Notes: a model not told the origin generated them from the letters alone. A stretch of 64,000 nt of DNA from Candidatus Methylomirabilales bacterium (GCA_046758505.1 JBHIAH010000004.1:1-64000), one strand, 5' to 3'; positions 31,628 to 41,443 are shown, numbered from the stretch's first letter. A program made the numbers and translations.

Positions 31628-32590
31628 ATGGAACCCCTCCTGACAGTGAAAGGGCTCAAGAAATACTTCCCCGTGAAAAAGGGATTCTGGTTTGGGGAGC
31701 AGGCCGAGGTCCGCGCCGTGGATGGGGTGAGTTTTGTCATTCGCCGGGGAGAGACCGTGGGGTTGGTCGGGGAGTCGGGTTGTGGCAAGTCCACGACGGC
31801 GCGCCTCATTCTTCGGTTGCTCGAACCGACCGCCGGGGAGGTCTACTTTGGAAAGACAGCCGTCTTCCGGGCGGACAAGGAGGAGATGCGTACTCTCCGG
31901 CGAAAGATGCAGATCGTCTTTCAGGATCCCTACTCATCCCTGGATCCCCGGATGCCGGTTGAGGAGATCGTGGGAGAAGGGCTGACCATCCACCGCCTGG
32001 CCGGAGGCAAAGAGAGGGCAGAACGGGTCGCCGCGCTGCTGGAGAAGGTGGGACTCGGGCGGGAACATCGGGGCCGTTACCCCCATGAATTCAGCGGCGG
32101 GCAACGGCAGCGCATCGGGATCGCGCGGGCTCTGGCGGTGGAACCGGAGCTTTTGATCGCGGACGAGCCGGTATCCGCCCTGGACGTCTCGATCCAGGCT
32201 CAGGTGATCAACCTCTTCCAAGATCTCCAAAAGGAGTTTGGCCTCACCTACCTGTTTATCGCTCATGATCTCAGGGTGGTCAGGCATATCAGCGAGCGGG
32301 TGGCGGTCATGTATCTCGGGCAGATTGTGGAGCTGGCGGACAGCGACGCCCTCTACCGGAACCCGCTGCACCCGTACACCCAGGCCCTCCTGTCAGCCAT
32401 CCCCGTTCCGAACCCACACACCGACCGGCAACGGATCGTCCTCGAGGGGGACCCGCTCGGCCCCATCCAGATCCCGTCCGGCTGTCGATTCCACCCGCGC
32501 TGCCCCCAGCGTTTTGATCGGTGTGACCAGGAGGAGCCGACCCTCCGCGAGGTGTCCCCCGGGCACTGGGTGAGCTGTCACCTGTACTGA
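31628..32590 (+). CDS. Peptide ABC transporter ATPase (DppF/OppF-like)
   Basis: [36 protein letters not shown]. Confidence 0.95.
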   Translation: MEPLLTVKGLKKYFPVKKGFWFGEQAEVRAVDGVSFVIRRGETVGLVGESGCGKSTTARLILRLLEPTAGEVYFGKTAVFRADKEEMRTLRRKMQIVFQDPYSSLDPRMPVEEIVGEGLTIHRLAGGKERAERVAALLEKVGLGREHRGRYPHEFSGGQRQRIGIARALAVEPELLIADEPVSALDVSIQAQVINLFQDLQKEFGLTYLFIAHDLRVVRHISERVAVMYLGQIVELADSDALYRNPLHPYTQALLSAIPVPNPHTDRQRIVLEGDPLGPIQIPSGCRFHPRCPQRFDRCDQEEPTLREVSPGHWVSCHLY

Positions 32591-32730
32591 GTTGAGGAAG
32601 GGGGAGGGACGCGAATGGTAGGGATCGAACCACCGCACGACCGGAGGCGTGATGCCCAGGCGAGGCTGGCAGACCGTCCGGAACGGTGCTATGGTGGTAT
32701 GGCGAGACCGTCACGCACAGGCGAGTCCAC

Positions 32731-34047
32731 ATGGCGAAACTCAAGCTGATTACCTTTGGCTGTCAGGCCAATGAAGCCGACTCGGAGAAGATCGCCGGCG
32801 TCTTGGCGCCGGAGGGGTTCGAACTCACCGAGACGGCAGAGGAAGCCGACCTCATCCTCCTCAACACGTGTAGCATTCGGGAAAAGGCCGAGCAAAAGGT
32901 CTACAGCCTCCTGGGCACCTTTCAGAAGCTCAAGGCCCACAACCCTCGACTCAAGATCGGTCTCTGTGGATGCTTGGCCCAACGGGAGGGAGATCGGCTC
33001 AAGAGTCGCTTCCCCTACCTGGATCTGGTGGTCGGCCCTGGGGCCATGATCTATCGCATCCCGGAGATCCTGAATGGGGGTGTCGCCCAACCGCTTCTCC
33101 CCCGGCCCAAGGAACCGCTCCCCCTCTATGTGCAGTCACCCCGGCCCCGGCGCACGAGCCCCGTCAAGGCCTGGGTCAGCATCATGGAAGGGTGCAACTA
33201 CCTGTGCACCTTCTGTGTGGTGCCTTACACGCGCGGCCCGGAACGGAGCCGCCCCCCCCAGGACATCCTGGCCGAGGTGGAGGAGCTATCGAGGAAGGGC
33301 TACGCGGAGATTACGTTGCTTGGGCAGACCGTGAACGCCTACGGAAAGAACCTGAGGCCTCGGACGCGCTTTGCCGATCTGCTCAGAGCCATCGATGACC
33401 TTGCGGGAGGAGAGATCCGAATCCGCTTCACCAGCTCGCACCCGAGGGACTTCAGCCCGGACCTCATTGAAGCAATCGCAGACCTGAAGAGCGTCTGCGA
33501 GCACGTCCATTTGCCCGTCCAGGCCGGCTCGAATCGGGTGCTCGCGCGTATGCGTCGCCTCTACACCCGGGAGGAATACCTGGCGACGGCCCGTGCCCTC
33601 AGGCAGGCGGTACCCGACCTTGCCCTCAGTACGGACCTGATCGTGGGCTTTCCCGGGGAGAGCGAAGGTGATTTCGAAGAAACCCTGAGCCTCATGCGCG
33701 AGGTGCAATTCGACAGTTCGTTTGCCTTCAAGTACTCACCGAGGCCCCTCACCCCCGCTGCCACGTATTCGGATCAGGTCACCGAAGATATAAAAACGCA
33801 CCGGATCAATATTCTTCTCCAGCTCCAGGATCGGATCGCCCTGGAACGAAATCGTCGCCGAGTCGGCAAGGTCGAGGAGGTTCTGGTGGAGGAGGGGCCC
33901 AATCCAAGGATGCAAAGCGCCGCGACCGGTCGAACGCGACGAAACCAGTTGGTCCACTTCTCATGCGAATGCCTCATCCCCGGGGATACGGTCTCCGCTG
34001 TGATCACTGAGGCTTATAGCCACTACCTTAAAGGAAAGATTCTGTAA
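32731..34047 (+). CDS. miaB: tRNA-2-methylthio-N6-dimethylallyladenosine synthase
   Basis: TFGCQAN, NTCSIREKAE, CNYLCTFC radical SAM motif, C-terminal TRAM domain. Confidence 0.95.
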   Translation: MAKLKLITFGCQANEADSEKIAGVLAPEGFELTETAEEADLILLNTCSIREKAEQKVYSLLGTFQKLKAHNPRLKIGLCGCLAQREGDRLKSRFPYLDLVVGPGAMIYRIPEILNGGVAQPLLPRPKEPLPLYVQSPRPRRTSPVKAWVSIMEGCNYLCTFCVVPYTRGPERSRPPQDILAEVEELSRKGYAEITLLGQTVNAYGKNLRPRTRFADLLRAIDDLAGGEIRIRFTSSHPRDFSPDLIEAIADLKSVCEHVHLPVQAGSNRVLARMRRLYTREEYLATARALRQAVPDLALSTDLIVGFPGESEGDFEETLSLMREVQFDSSFAFKYSPRPLTPAATYSDQVTEDIKTHRINILLQLQDRIALERNRRRVGKVEEVLVEEGPNPRMQSAATGRTRRNQLVHFSCECLIPGDTVSAVITEAYSHYLKGKIL

Positions 34048-34124
34048 ATCTTCCGATATGTAAGTTGGCTTACCATTAGGGTCCCCCCCGCAACAGGGGA
34101 ACGGAACAGGGCAAAAGAAAAGGT

Positions 34125-34153
34125 TTGACAGGGGGGGCAATCCTCACTATGAT
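34125..34153 (+). promoter_or_regulatory. sigma70 promoter for the SPOR gene
   Basis: TTGACA-N17-TATGAT. Confidence 0.75.
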
Positions 34154-34189
34154 ACGCAAGGTTGCGTGGACTTTCTTCAAGGAGTGTCT

Positions 34190-35164
34190 ATGAAAAAGTA
34201 TAACTTTCTTGAGGAGCCATCCGACCCGTCCGAGCCGACCGGGGACTCGAGCGGGCGCCTGAGTCCACAAGCCAGGCGGTTACTTATCATCGGCGTCGTG
34301 GGCATCATAGTCGCCGGCGGGCTTTACGTGTATACCACCTATTTTGCTGCGACCCCACCCCCCCCACCTCCTCCCATCGCCTTGCGGGGAAGGCGGGTTC
34401 AGCGGCCGAAGCCTCCGACTCGGGTGACGCCGCCTCGGCTGAGACGGGGACCGGCCAAGCCCCCGGTCCCCGCCACGGCCCCCCAGCCGGCACCGAAAGG
34501 GACCGCAGCGTCTCCACAGCGGGGAACCCTTGGCCAAAAGGCTCCGGGGGTCGCAGCCCCGCCCCAGGTACCGCGCGCCCGGCCCAAGCCAGCACCCCCC
34601 CCGATTGTGGCCGAGAAGCCGGCCCCCAAACCACCACCCGCCCCGGTGGTCGCGGAGAAGCCCACCCCAAAGGCGCTGGCTACGGTGACGAAACCCGTGA
34701 TACAGAAGGAAAGGCGATACACCCTTCAAGTCGCTTCTCTGGTTGTAAAAGGAAACGCCCTGTCCCTGATGAAGCGGTTGAAAAAGCTGGGGTACACCCC
34801 CGTCATTCACAAGACCACTGCCCCCATCACCCGCCACCGAGTGTACGGGGGAGAGTTTACAAGTCGCGAGGAGGCGGAGCAGGCCGCGCGGAGTCTGAAC
34901 GTCGACGGGTTCCCGTCGAACCTGGTGAAGGCGGAAGGCGGGAAATTCGGGCTGGAGGTGGGCTCATCCTTTCGTTTGAATGAGGCCATCGATCTGGCCC
35001 GCAGCCTGCAAAAGAAAAATTACAATCCCAAGATCGTCTCCAAGGCCACCCCCACCTTGCTGCACCAGGTCTGGGTAGGCAAGTTTGAAAACCGCCGGGA
35101 GGCCCTCAAGGCGCTTGAGGGTCTCAAGAGGCACGGGTTCACACCCCTCGTTGTAAAACGCTGA
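34190..35164 (+). CDS. Membrane-anchored SPOR-domain protein (about 3 SPOR repeats, Pro-rich linker)
   Basis: TM helix, Pro/Lys-rich linker, YTLQVASL, HRVYGGEFTSREEA, HQVWVGKFENRREA. Confidence 0.85.
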   Translation: MKKYNFLEEPSDPSEPTGDSSGRLSPQARRLLIIGVVGIIVAGGLYVYTTYFAATPPPPPPPIALRGRRVQRPKPPTRVTPPRLRRGPAKPPVPATAPQPAPKGTAASPQRGTLGQKAPGVAAPPQVPRARPKPAPPPIVAEKPAPKPPPAPVVAEKPTPKALATVTKPVIQKERRYTLQVASLVVKGNALSLMKRLKKLGYTPVIHKTTAPITRHRVYGGEFTSREEAEQAARSLNVDGFPSNLVKAEGGKFGLEVGSSFRLNEAIDLARSLQKKNYNPKIVSKATPTLLHQVWVGKFENRREALKALEGLKRHGFTPLVVKR

Positions 35165-35245
35165 ATCGGTGTTCGTGAAACGTCTTGGAAACGGGGAGGC
35201 GTGTCTGCGGCTCCGCAGGGCCGGAGCGGAAAGGAGGTGACCACC

Positions 35246-35524
35246 ATGACCAAAGCAGACCTCGCGGCGCTTGTGGCGGAGAAAGGGCTGACAAAAAAAC
35301 AGGCAATGGAGGCGGTGGAGGCAACCTTTGAAGCCTTGAAGGATGCGATGAGCAAAGGGGAAAAGATCCAGTTGGTCGGATTTGGATCGTTTCAGGTCCG
35401 GGCCAAGCGGGCTCGAAAGGGGCGGAATCCACAGACGGGATCAGAGATTGTCATTGCCGCACGCAGGGTTCTCAAATTCAAACCTGGGAAGGCCCTTCAA
35501 CAGGCGGTAAACTCCCAGGGGTAG
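35246..35524 (+). CDS. HU/IHF-family DNA-binding protein (in the ihfA position)
   Basis: SD AAGGAGGTGA; MTKADL, GFGSF, GRNPQTG, FKPGK; directly upstream of MerR, as for ihfA. Confidence 0.92.
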   Translation: MTKADLAALVAEKGLTKKQAMEAVEATFEALKDAMSKGEKIQLVGFGSFQVRAKRARKGRNPQTGSEIVIAARRVLKFKPGKALQQAVNSQG

Positions 35525-35542
35525 CCCAGGAGGATACGTAGC

Positions 35543-35944
35543 GTGGCGAACCAGACACGGAGAGACATTTCAACGTCCCGGCGGGAGGCGAGGCGGGGGA
35601 CGCTGCGTGCGTCTCCAAAGAGGGAACCGATCCCGGATAAGCTGTACTTCCGCATCGGTGAGGTGGCACGGCTCACCGGTATCCAACCCTATATCCTGCG
35701 GTATTGGGAATCGGAGTTTCCTGTTCTCCAGCCTAAGAAGAGTGGCACCGGCCAGCGACTCTACCGGAAGCGGGACATCGAAATCATTTTGAAGATCAAG
35801 GAGCTGCTTTACGATCAGCGCTATACGATCGCTGGGGCGAGGCGGCGGCTCCAAGATGAGCTGGAACCGCTTGATCTCCTCCAGCAGGTCCAGCGGATCC
35901 GGGAAGGGCTCGAAGCCCTCGGTACACTCCTCAATCGATCGTAG
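35543..35944 (+). CDS. MerR-family transcriptional regulator
   Basis: IPDKLYFRIGEV, ILRYWESEF, GQRLY, YTIAGA. Confidence 0.92.
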   Translation: MANQTRRDISTSRREARRGTLRASPKREPIPDKLYFRIGEVARLTGIQPYILRYWESEFPVLQPKKSGTGQRLYRKRDIEIILKIKELLYDQRYTIAGARRRLQDELEPLDLLQQVQRIREGLEALGTLLNRS

Positions 35945-35958
35945 CTCCTGGGGAGAAT

Positions 35959-35978
35959 CGGGGCGTGGCGCAGCCTGG
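35959..35978 (+). repeat. 20-bp direct repeat of the 5' end of tRNA-Pro(GGG) (tRNA fragment, att-like)
   Basis: CGGGGCGTGGCGCAGCCTGG is identical to 37366-37385. Confidence 0.9.
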
Positions 35979-36011
35979 GTCCCCCCGATATAGGGGGCGG
36001 GCGAACGGAGC

Positions 36012-36050
36012 AAAACCCCTCGGTGAGTCGCGGGCTTACCGGGGGGTTTT
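36012..36050. terminator. Strong, potentially bidirectional intrinsic terminator
   Basis: AAAACCCCTCGGTGAGTC-GCG-GGCTTACCGGGGGGTTTT, 18-bp stem with G-U pairs. Confidence 0.75.
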
Positions 36051-36338
36051 CTTTCTCCCGTTGGCCGAACGAGGGGGGCTTGGGGCGGGCTTCGGGCGGG
36101 CGCAGGCATATGTACGGGCATACCGTCTGACTTACCTTGACGCTCCTGACCCAGGATGCGCATACCGGCAAGCAATCATGCCTGACCGGATTTGGGTCGA
36201 TTCATGGCACGAACTTTGAATACACCGTACAGTGTGTCGCCTCGCTTTCCATCCCGACGGGGCTGGCCTCGGGGGTTTGGCGCCTTCATATCCACCCGGC
36301 GATGGTGGCGGAACTGGATTGACCAGACGAGGGGATAA

Positions 36339-37172
36339 ATGTACGAAGAGTATTGGGGCCTGAGCCGGGCACCATTTCAGACCGTCCCCGACCCGGATTT
36401 TTTCTGCCTTTTCCCTGCGTACCAAGAGGCCTTGGAGAGGCTCTTCTACGTCGTCGAGTACGGCAAGGGGGCCGCCATGCTTACCGGAGAGATCGGGGCC
36501 GGGAAGACTACCCTGAGTCGGGTGTTCCTCCTTCGGCTGGACGAGGAGAGGTACGACGTCGGCCTCGTGATCAACCCCGCCCTCCGTCGCGACGAGCTCT
36601 TATACGAGATCGCCCTGCAGCTCGGGACCCCCCCGCCGAAGGACGCGCGAATTTCCATCTTCCGTGCCATCAACGAACGGCTGTTGGCGAACGCCCAGCA
36701 GGAACGCGGGACCGTCTTGATCATCGATGAGGCCCAGACGATCACGCAGAAGGCCGCCCTCGAGGATCTCAGGATGTTGTTGAATTTCCAGTTCAGCGAC
36801 CGGCATCTTCTTTCCATAATCTTGTTCGGGCAGCCCGATCTGCGAGAGACACTCGCCCGGCAGAGGGCACTCGATCAACGGATCGCCATCCGCCTGCACC
36901 TCGGCCCCCTGGGCGTGGTGGAGACCGTCTCCTACATCGAGTTTCGTCTGGAGAAGGCTGGAGCCACCCGGCCGATCTTCACCGACGAGGCAATCAATAT
37001 CATCCATCGGGCGGCGTGGGGAATCCCCCGGAGCATCAACCACCTCTGCGACCTTTGTCTCTTCGAGGGTATGCACAGGAAGGTGACGGAGATCGACGCC
37101 TCACTCGCCAAGGCGGTTCGGGGCGAGTCGGAGACAAGCCGAAGGAAGTACAGGGCAGGCCTTCTCATCTAA
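36339..37172 (+). CDS. ExeA/GspA-family AAA ATPase (stand-alone, no PG-binding domain)
   Basis: MYEEYWGLSRAPFQTVPDPDFF, GEIGAGKT, LIIDEAQ, LDQRI, GIPRSINHLCD. Confidence 0.9.
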   Translation: MYEEYWGLSRAPFQTVPDPDFFCLFPAYQEALERLFYVVEYGKGAAMLTGEIGAGKTTLSRVFLLRLDEERYDVGLVINPALRRDELLYEIALQLGTPPPKDARISIFRAINERLLANAQQERGTVLIIDEAQTITQKAALEDLRMLLNFQFSDRHLLSIILFGQPDLRETLARQRALDQRIAIRLHLGPLGVVETVSYIEFRLEKAGATRPIFTDEAINIIHRAAWGIPRSINHLCDLCLFEGMHRKVTEIDASLAKAVRGESETSRRKYRAGLLI

Positions 37173-37327
37173 CCCTTCTTCCCACTCCGAGTACGCACCG
37201 TGAGCTTCGGGCACCGTTTCGCTTGCCGAGGGGGCCGACATCACGCATCATTACCGGCACCGGTGGCGTGGAGGGGGCCTCCCGAGGCTGGGAGTTCCCC
37301 CGGAGGTTACGTCGGCCCATTCCCGCC

Positions 37328-37356
37328 TTGACTCACACCCCACAAACCTGTAACTT
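37328..37356 (+). promoter_or_regulatory. Candidate sigma70 promoter for tRNA-Pro-surE
   Basis: TTGACT-N17-TAACTT, 9 nt upstream of the tRNA. Confidence 0.6.
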
Positions 37357-37365
37357 CTATTGGGC

Positions 37366-37442
37366 CGGGGCGTGGCGCAGCCTGGTAGCGCACTGGCATG
37401 GGGGGCCAGTGGTCGCCCGTTCGAATCGGGTCGCCCCGACCA
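37366..37442 (+). tRNA. tRNA-Pro (GGG)
   Basis: Full cloverleaf; anticodon stem CTGGC/GCCAG, loop ATGGGGG; TTCGAA T-loop; CCA end. Confidence 0.96.
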
Positions 37443-37506
37443 GCTCTCATGTGTAAGAGGGTCCGTGCGTCTTCTGCATTTCCTCGATCAGGACATTTGC
37501 GGGCTT

Positions 37507-38259
37507 ATGCCGACACAGCCGACGATCTTGCTAACCAACGACGACGGCATCCACTCCCCTGGGCTGAAGACGGTAGCCGAGGCCTTGAAAGAAATCGGGG
37601 AGCTGTATGTGATCGCTCCCGACCGGGAGCGGAGTGCCGCCGGGCACTCGCTTACGTTACATAAACCCCTCCGGGCCACGGAGGTTGCCCCCTGTTGGTA
37701 CGTGGTGGATGGCACCCCTACCGACTGTGTGACCCTCGGGGTCATGGGGATGCTCAAGGAGAAGCCGCACCTCGTGGTCTCGGGGATCAATCTGGGGGCA
37801 AACCTGGGTGATGACATCACGTACTCGGGGACCGTTTCGGCGGCCGTCGAGGGAACCCTCTTGGGCATTCCTGCCTTCGCCATCTCGGCGGTGGACTCTG
37901 CGGCGCAAGACTTGGGCGCCGCAGCGGACTTTGGGGCACGCCTGGCCCTGCTCGTCCTCGATCGAGGCCTCCCTCGTGATACCCTGCTCAACGTCAATGT
38001 GCCTGCCGGCGCGGTGACGGGAGTGGCGGTCACCCGACAGGGAAAGCGGAGCTACACCGAGCTCATCGTGGAAAAGACGGACCCCCGGGGGAAAACCTAT
38101 TACTGGATTGGAGGAGGCGAGCCCACCTGGGAGCTCCTGGGGGGGACCGATTACGAGGCGGTGGTGGAGGGGAGAGTCTCGATCACCCCGCTCCATCTCG
38201 ACCTGACCAACTATGCGGCAACGCAGACCCTTAAGACCTGGGAGGCTCTCCTGGCGTGA
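37507..38259 (+). CDS. surE: 5'/3'-nucleotidase SurE
   Basis: ILLTNDDG, GTPTDCV, VSGINLGANLG, YSGTV, SITPL. Confidence 0.97.
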   Translation: MPTQPTILLTNDDGIHSPGLKTVAEALKEIGELYVIAPDRERSAAGHSLTLHKPLRATEVAPCWYVVDGTPTDCVTLGVMGMLKEKPHLVVSGINLGANLGDDITYSGTVSAAVEGTLLGIPAFAISAVDSAAQDLGAAADFGARLALLVLDRGLPRDTLLNVNVPAGAVTGVAVTRQGKRSYTELIVEKTDPRGKTYYWIGGGEPTWELLGGTDYEAVVEGRVSITPLHLDLTNYAATQTLKTWEALLA

Positions 38260-39014
38260 CGGGATCTTTCATGCCGTGGCGCGCGGTTTACTTTCATGCC
38301 CAGCAGGGCTGCACGCATGGGACAGGAAACGGGTGGGGCGGCGTACCCGATGATCAGGCTGCAGCCAGGGAACGCATGGTCAAAGAGCAGCTGGAACGGC
38401 GGGGAATCACCGATCCTCGGGTTCTGGCGGCGATGCGCAAGGTTCCGCGCCACCTGTTCGTTGATCCTTCCTTGGGGTGGCGGGCTTACGAAGACTCGCC
38501 ACTGGCCATTGGGGAGGGGCAGACGATCTCCCAGCCGTACATGGTGGCGGTCATGACCGCCACCCTCGCCCTTCAGGGGAGCGAACGCGTGCTGGAGATC
38601 GGAACCGGGTCGGGATATCAGACCGCCGTCTTGGCAGAGTTGGCCGCCTGGGTCTATTCCATCGAGCGCATTCCCACCCTGGCCGAGTGCGCCCAAAAGA
38701 CCCTCGCACGCCAGGGCTATACCAATGTCTCCATCCGGGTCAGCGATGGGAGCATGGGGTGGCCGGAGGCCGCCCCCTTTGAGGCGATAGTGGTGACGGC
38801 CGGTGCTCCCCACGTTCCGCCACCCCTTGTGGAACAGCTCCAGGTCGGCGGGCGGCTCGTGATTCCCGTCGGGTCTTCCCATGCGCAAACCTTGCGGCGG
38901 GTGCTCAGAAAAAAGGATAGGGTCGAAGAGGAAGAGTTGGTCGCTTGTGTCTTTGTCAGGTTAGTGGGCGAACACGGGTGGCAAGAACAAGAAGAGGAGG
39001 ATGGGCAGCGATAG
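38256..39014 (+). CDS. pcm: Protein-L-isoaspartate O-methyltransferase (true start probably further downstream)
   Basis: VPRHLF, GQTISQPY, VLEIGTGSGYQ, APFEAIVVTA, GGRLVIPVG. Confidence 0.93.
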   Translation: MTGSFMPWRAVYFHAQQGCTHGTGNGWGGVPDDQAAARERMVKEQLERRGITDPRVLAAMRKVPRHLFVDPSLGWRAYEDSPLAIGEGQTISQPYMVAVMTATLALQGSERVLEIGTGSGYQTAVLAELAAWVYSIERIPTLAECAQKTLARQGYTNVSIRVSDGSMGWPEAAPFEAIVVTAGAPHVPPPLVEQLQVGGRLVIPVGSSHAQTLRRVLRKKDRVEEEELVACVFVRLVGEHGWQEQEEEDGQR

Positions 39015-39017
39015 GTG

Positions 39018-39095
<78 letters not shown>

Positions 39096-39260
39096 ATCGC
39101 ATGCTCTGGCGCTTTGCCCGCAAGACACCGAACCTGCGAGGCCCCCGACAGGCGCCGAGACGAATGGTGAAACCTGCTCGGTTTGGCCGCGCGGGAGTCG
39201 ACGACGATATCGGGCGAGCACCCCCGCGTACTGCAGCACGTTCGCACCGTCCGGGGAGAA

Positions 39261-39551
39261 ATGGATCCGAAGAAGGCATCGCTGAAGGCGCGGGTCATCG
39301 GAAGGGTCCAAGGCGTCGGGTACCGATACTTCACTGAGCGTGTGGTTGCAGAGATCGGACTTTCCGGCTACGTCATGAATTGTCGCGACGGCAGTGTCGA
39401 GGTGATGGTTGAGGGGGAGCGGCACGCGCTGGATCAACTCCTTCCCCTCCTGAAGCAGGGTCCCTTCGGCGCTCGCGTGGAAAAGGTAGAGGAGACCTGG
39501 GGGCCCTATACGGGACAGTTTACGGGGTTTGCGGTTCGGTTTGGGGGGTGA
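39261..39551 (+). CDS. acyP: Acylphosphatase
   Basis: GRVQGVGYR, GYVMNCRDGSVEV, GPFGARV. Confidence 0.92.
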   Translation: MDPKKASLKARVIGRVQGVGYRYFTERVVAEIGLSGYVMNCRDGSVEVMVEGERHALDQLLPLLKQGPFGARVEKVEETWGPYTGQFTGFAVRFGG

Positions 39552-39560
39552 GGGGAGACA

Positions 39561-40091
39561 ATGGTGGAGGAGACGATCAACAGCCTGAGGGGGAAAATTC
39601 GGGATATTCCCGATTTCCCGAAGCCGGGGGTGGTCTTTAAGGACATCACCCCCCTCCTTGCCGACGCGCAAGCCTTCCGGACGGCGCTCGACCTGCTCGG
39701 GGATCGGTATCGGGACCAGGGAGTGCAGGTGGTCGTCAGCGTCGAAGCCCGGGGGTTTATCATTGGCTCCGCCTTGGCGTATAAGCTGGGCGCCGGCCAT
39801 GCGGTGATCCGAAAGGCGGGGAAGCTCCCCTTCAAAACGCATCGCGCGGTCTATCACTTGGAGTATGGGACGGACACGTTGGAGATCCACGCGGATGCCC
39901 TGCAGCCTGGGGCACGGGTCCTCATCGCCGACGACGTCTTGGCAACCGGAGGAACTGTTGCCGCTGCCATCGATCTGGTGAACACGCTCGGAGGACAGAT
40001 CTTGGGACTCGCCTTCCTGGTCGAGCTCACCTTTCTCAAGGGTCGAGAAAAGCTCGATCATTATCCCCTCTTTTCCCTAATCAAGTATTAG
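39561..40091 (+). CDS. apt: Adenine phosphoribosyltransferase
   Basis: IPDFPKPGVVFKDITP, EARGF, RKAGKLP, LEYG, DDVLATGGT. Confidence 0.97.
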   Translation: MVEETINSLRGKIRDIPDFPKPGVVFKDITPLLADAQAFRTALDLLGDRYRDQGVQVVVSVEARGFIIGSALAYKLGAGHAVIRKAGKLPFKTHRAVYHLEYGTDTLEIHADALQPGARVLIADDVLATGGTVAAAIDLVNTLGGQILGLAFLVELTFLKGREKLDHYPLFSLIKY

Positions 40092-40212
40092 CGTCTCTTC
40101 TTTCACCGCATCCGCCGTCCTTCTGGACGCACCGCCGACGGCGGACGCGGGTCTCCGAAGCACACACCCGCGGTTCTGGTGGCTTGACGGGGGGGTCCAG
40201 TGAAGGAACCCC

Positions 40213-40731
40213 TTAGGATGTGGATTCGTGTGGTTCGGTCAGGGGGATTCCGGCGGCCTTGAGCTGAAGGACCCTGCGGGCCCGATCACGGCCTGGGGAT
40301 CGAGGCTTCGCTCGAAGGTGCTCGGTGATTTTTGGCAGGACTTTTTTGATGAGGTCGTGCCACGCCGCCACGGTCTTGGGGGCTCCATCAGTCGTGGCAA
40401 GCTCGTAATACAGCAAATACTCGGGGTGGGAGGGGCCAATGGCGAGGTCCCGTAGGCACAACCGCAGGCTTTCTCTGGCTGCAACCTGCGCGGGAGCCAT
40501 CCCATCGTACGAGGGGTCCGATCCCAGCAAATAGTCGGTCGAGACTTCAAGGGCCCTGGCCAGCCTGCTGAGCGCATCCCCCCTGGGCTCAGAGGCGCCA
40601 CGGAGCCACTCGTAGACCGAAGCCTGCTTGAGGCCTGTCCGGGCTATCAGGTCGGCTTTCCGCCATCCCTTGGCCTCCAACAGGCCTACAAGCCTGCAAC
40701 CGAACTGTCTGGTTGTGTCTTTCCGGCTCAT
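40213..40731 (-). CDS. XRE-family helix-turn-helix regulator
   Basis: FGCRL..LLEAKGWRKADLIARTGLKQASVYEWLRGASEP..LARALEVSTDYLLG. Confidence 0.88.
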   Translation of the reverse strand: MSRKDTTRQFGCRLVGLLEAKGWRKADLIARTGLKQASVYEWLRGASEPRGDALSRLARALEVSTDYLLGSDPSYDGMAPAQVAARESLRLCLRDLAIGPSHPEYLLYYELATTDGAPKTVAAWHDLIKKVLPKITEHLRAKPRSPGRDRARRVLQLKAAGIPLTEPHESTS

Positions 40732-40740
40732 CGTTCCATC

Positions 40741-40805
40741 ATGGTAGAACAACCGAGGGGGATTGTCAAATTTTTCTTGACAAGGATATAATCATGGTCT
40801 ATATA
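40741..40805. promoter_or_regulatory. Back-to-back divergent sigma70 promoters
   Basis: Minus: TTGACA(40769-64)-N17-TACCAT(40746-41). Plus: TTGACA(40777)-N17-TATATA(40800). Confidence 0.7.
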
Positions 40806-40940
40806 TACATAAATAATTATGTTTTTTCGTTCTTGGGTTACGAACCGCCGGAAGGAGATGGGATGCGGTTCAACCCATTTTTAAGGGCCGATTCCTTTCA
40901 GGCCCCCGCGGTGAGGAACGGGAGTGAGGAGGGAAGAGCA

Positions 40941-41297
40941 ATGAAGAGGATCGCGGCAATTCTGCTCGGCCTGCTTCTTGTGACGCAGAGCACAGTGCTC
41001 TGGGCGGAGTCCGACCCCCACGAGAGCACGTTCGAGCAAGTTGGACTCGGGACCGGGAGCGTAGTCGGGTCGGTGGTCTACTTCCCCCTGAAGACGACCT
41101 TCTGCCTCTTGGGGGGAGTCGGGAGCATCTATACCCGTATCTTCGTCGGCCCCCGAGCCACCCATGAGCTCGTCAGCCTCACCTGCCGGGGGACCTGGGC
41201 CATCACGCCCGCCACGCTGAAGGGACAGGAATCGGTCACGTTCGTGGGGGATGTCCCCCCCTTTGAAGACGACATGCCACCGGAAGAAGGGTATTAG
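40941..41297 (+). CDS. Small exported/membrane hypothetical protein
   Basis: SD GAGGAGG; signal peptide MKRIAAILLGLLLV..LWA; hydrophobic YFPLK..GG and GTWAITP..FVG segments. Confidence 0.7.
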   Translation: MKRIAAILLGLLLVTQSTVLWAESDPHESTFEQVGLGTGSVVGSVVYFPLKTTFCLLGGVGSIYTRIFVGPRATHELVSLTCRGTWAITPATLKGQESVTFVGDVPPFEDDMPPEEGY

Positions 41298-41443
41298 ACG
41301 GTCACGCGGAAGGGGATCTCTCCTGGACCGCATCCTGGAAGGCCAGGACGATCCCTCTCTCGGCCGAGCCAGTACCGGCGGATCGCTCGCTCGGGACCGA
41401 ATTCCTTGGAAAGGCTACAGACACGAGCACAAGGAGGGGAGTT

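Noticed and set aside
35959..36130. Intron-containing or split tRNA-Pro
   Set aside because: The sequence does not resume with TAGCGCAC after the fragment, a terminator follows, and an intact copy exists at 37366.
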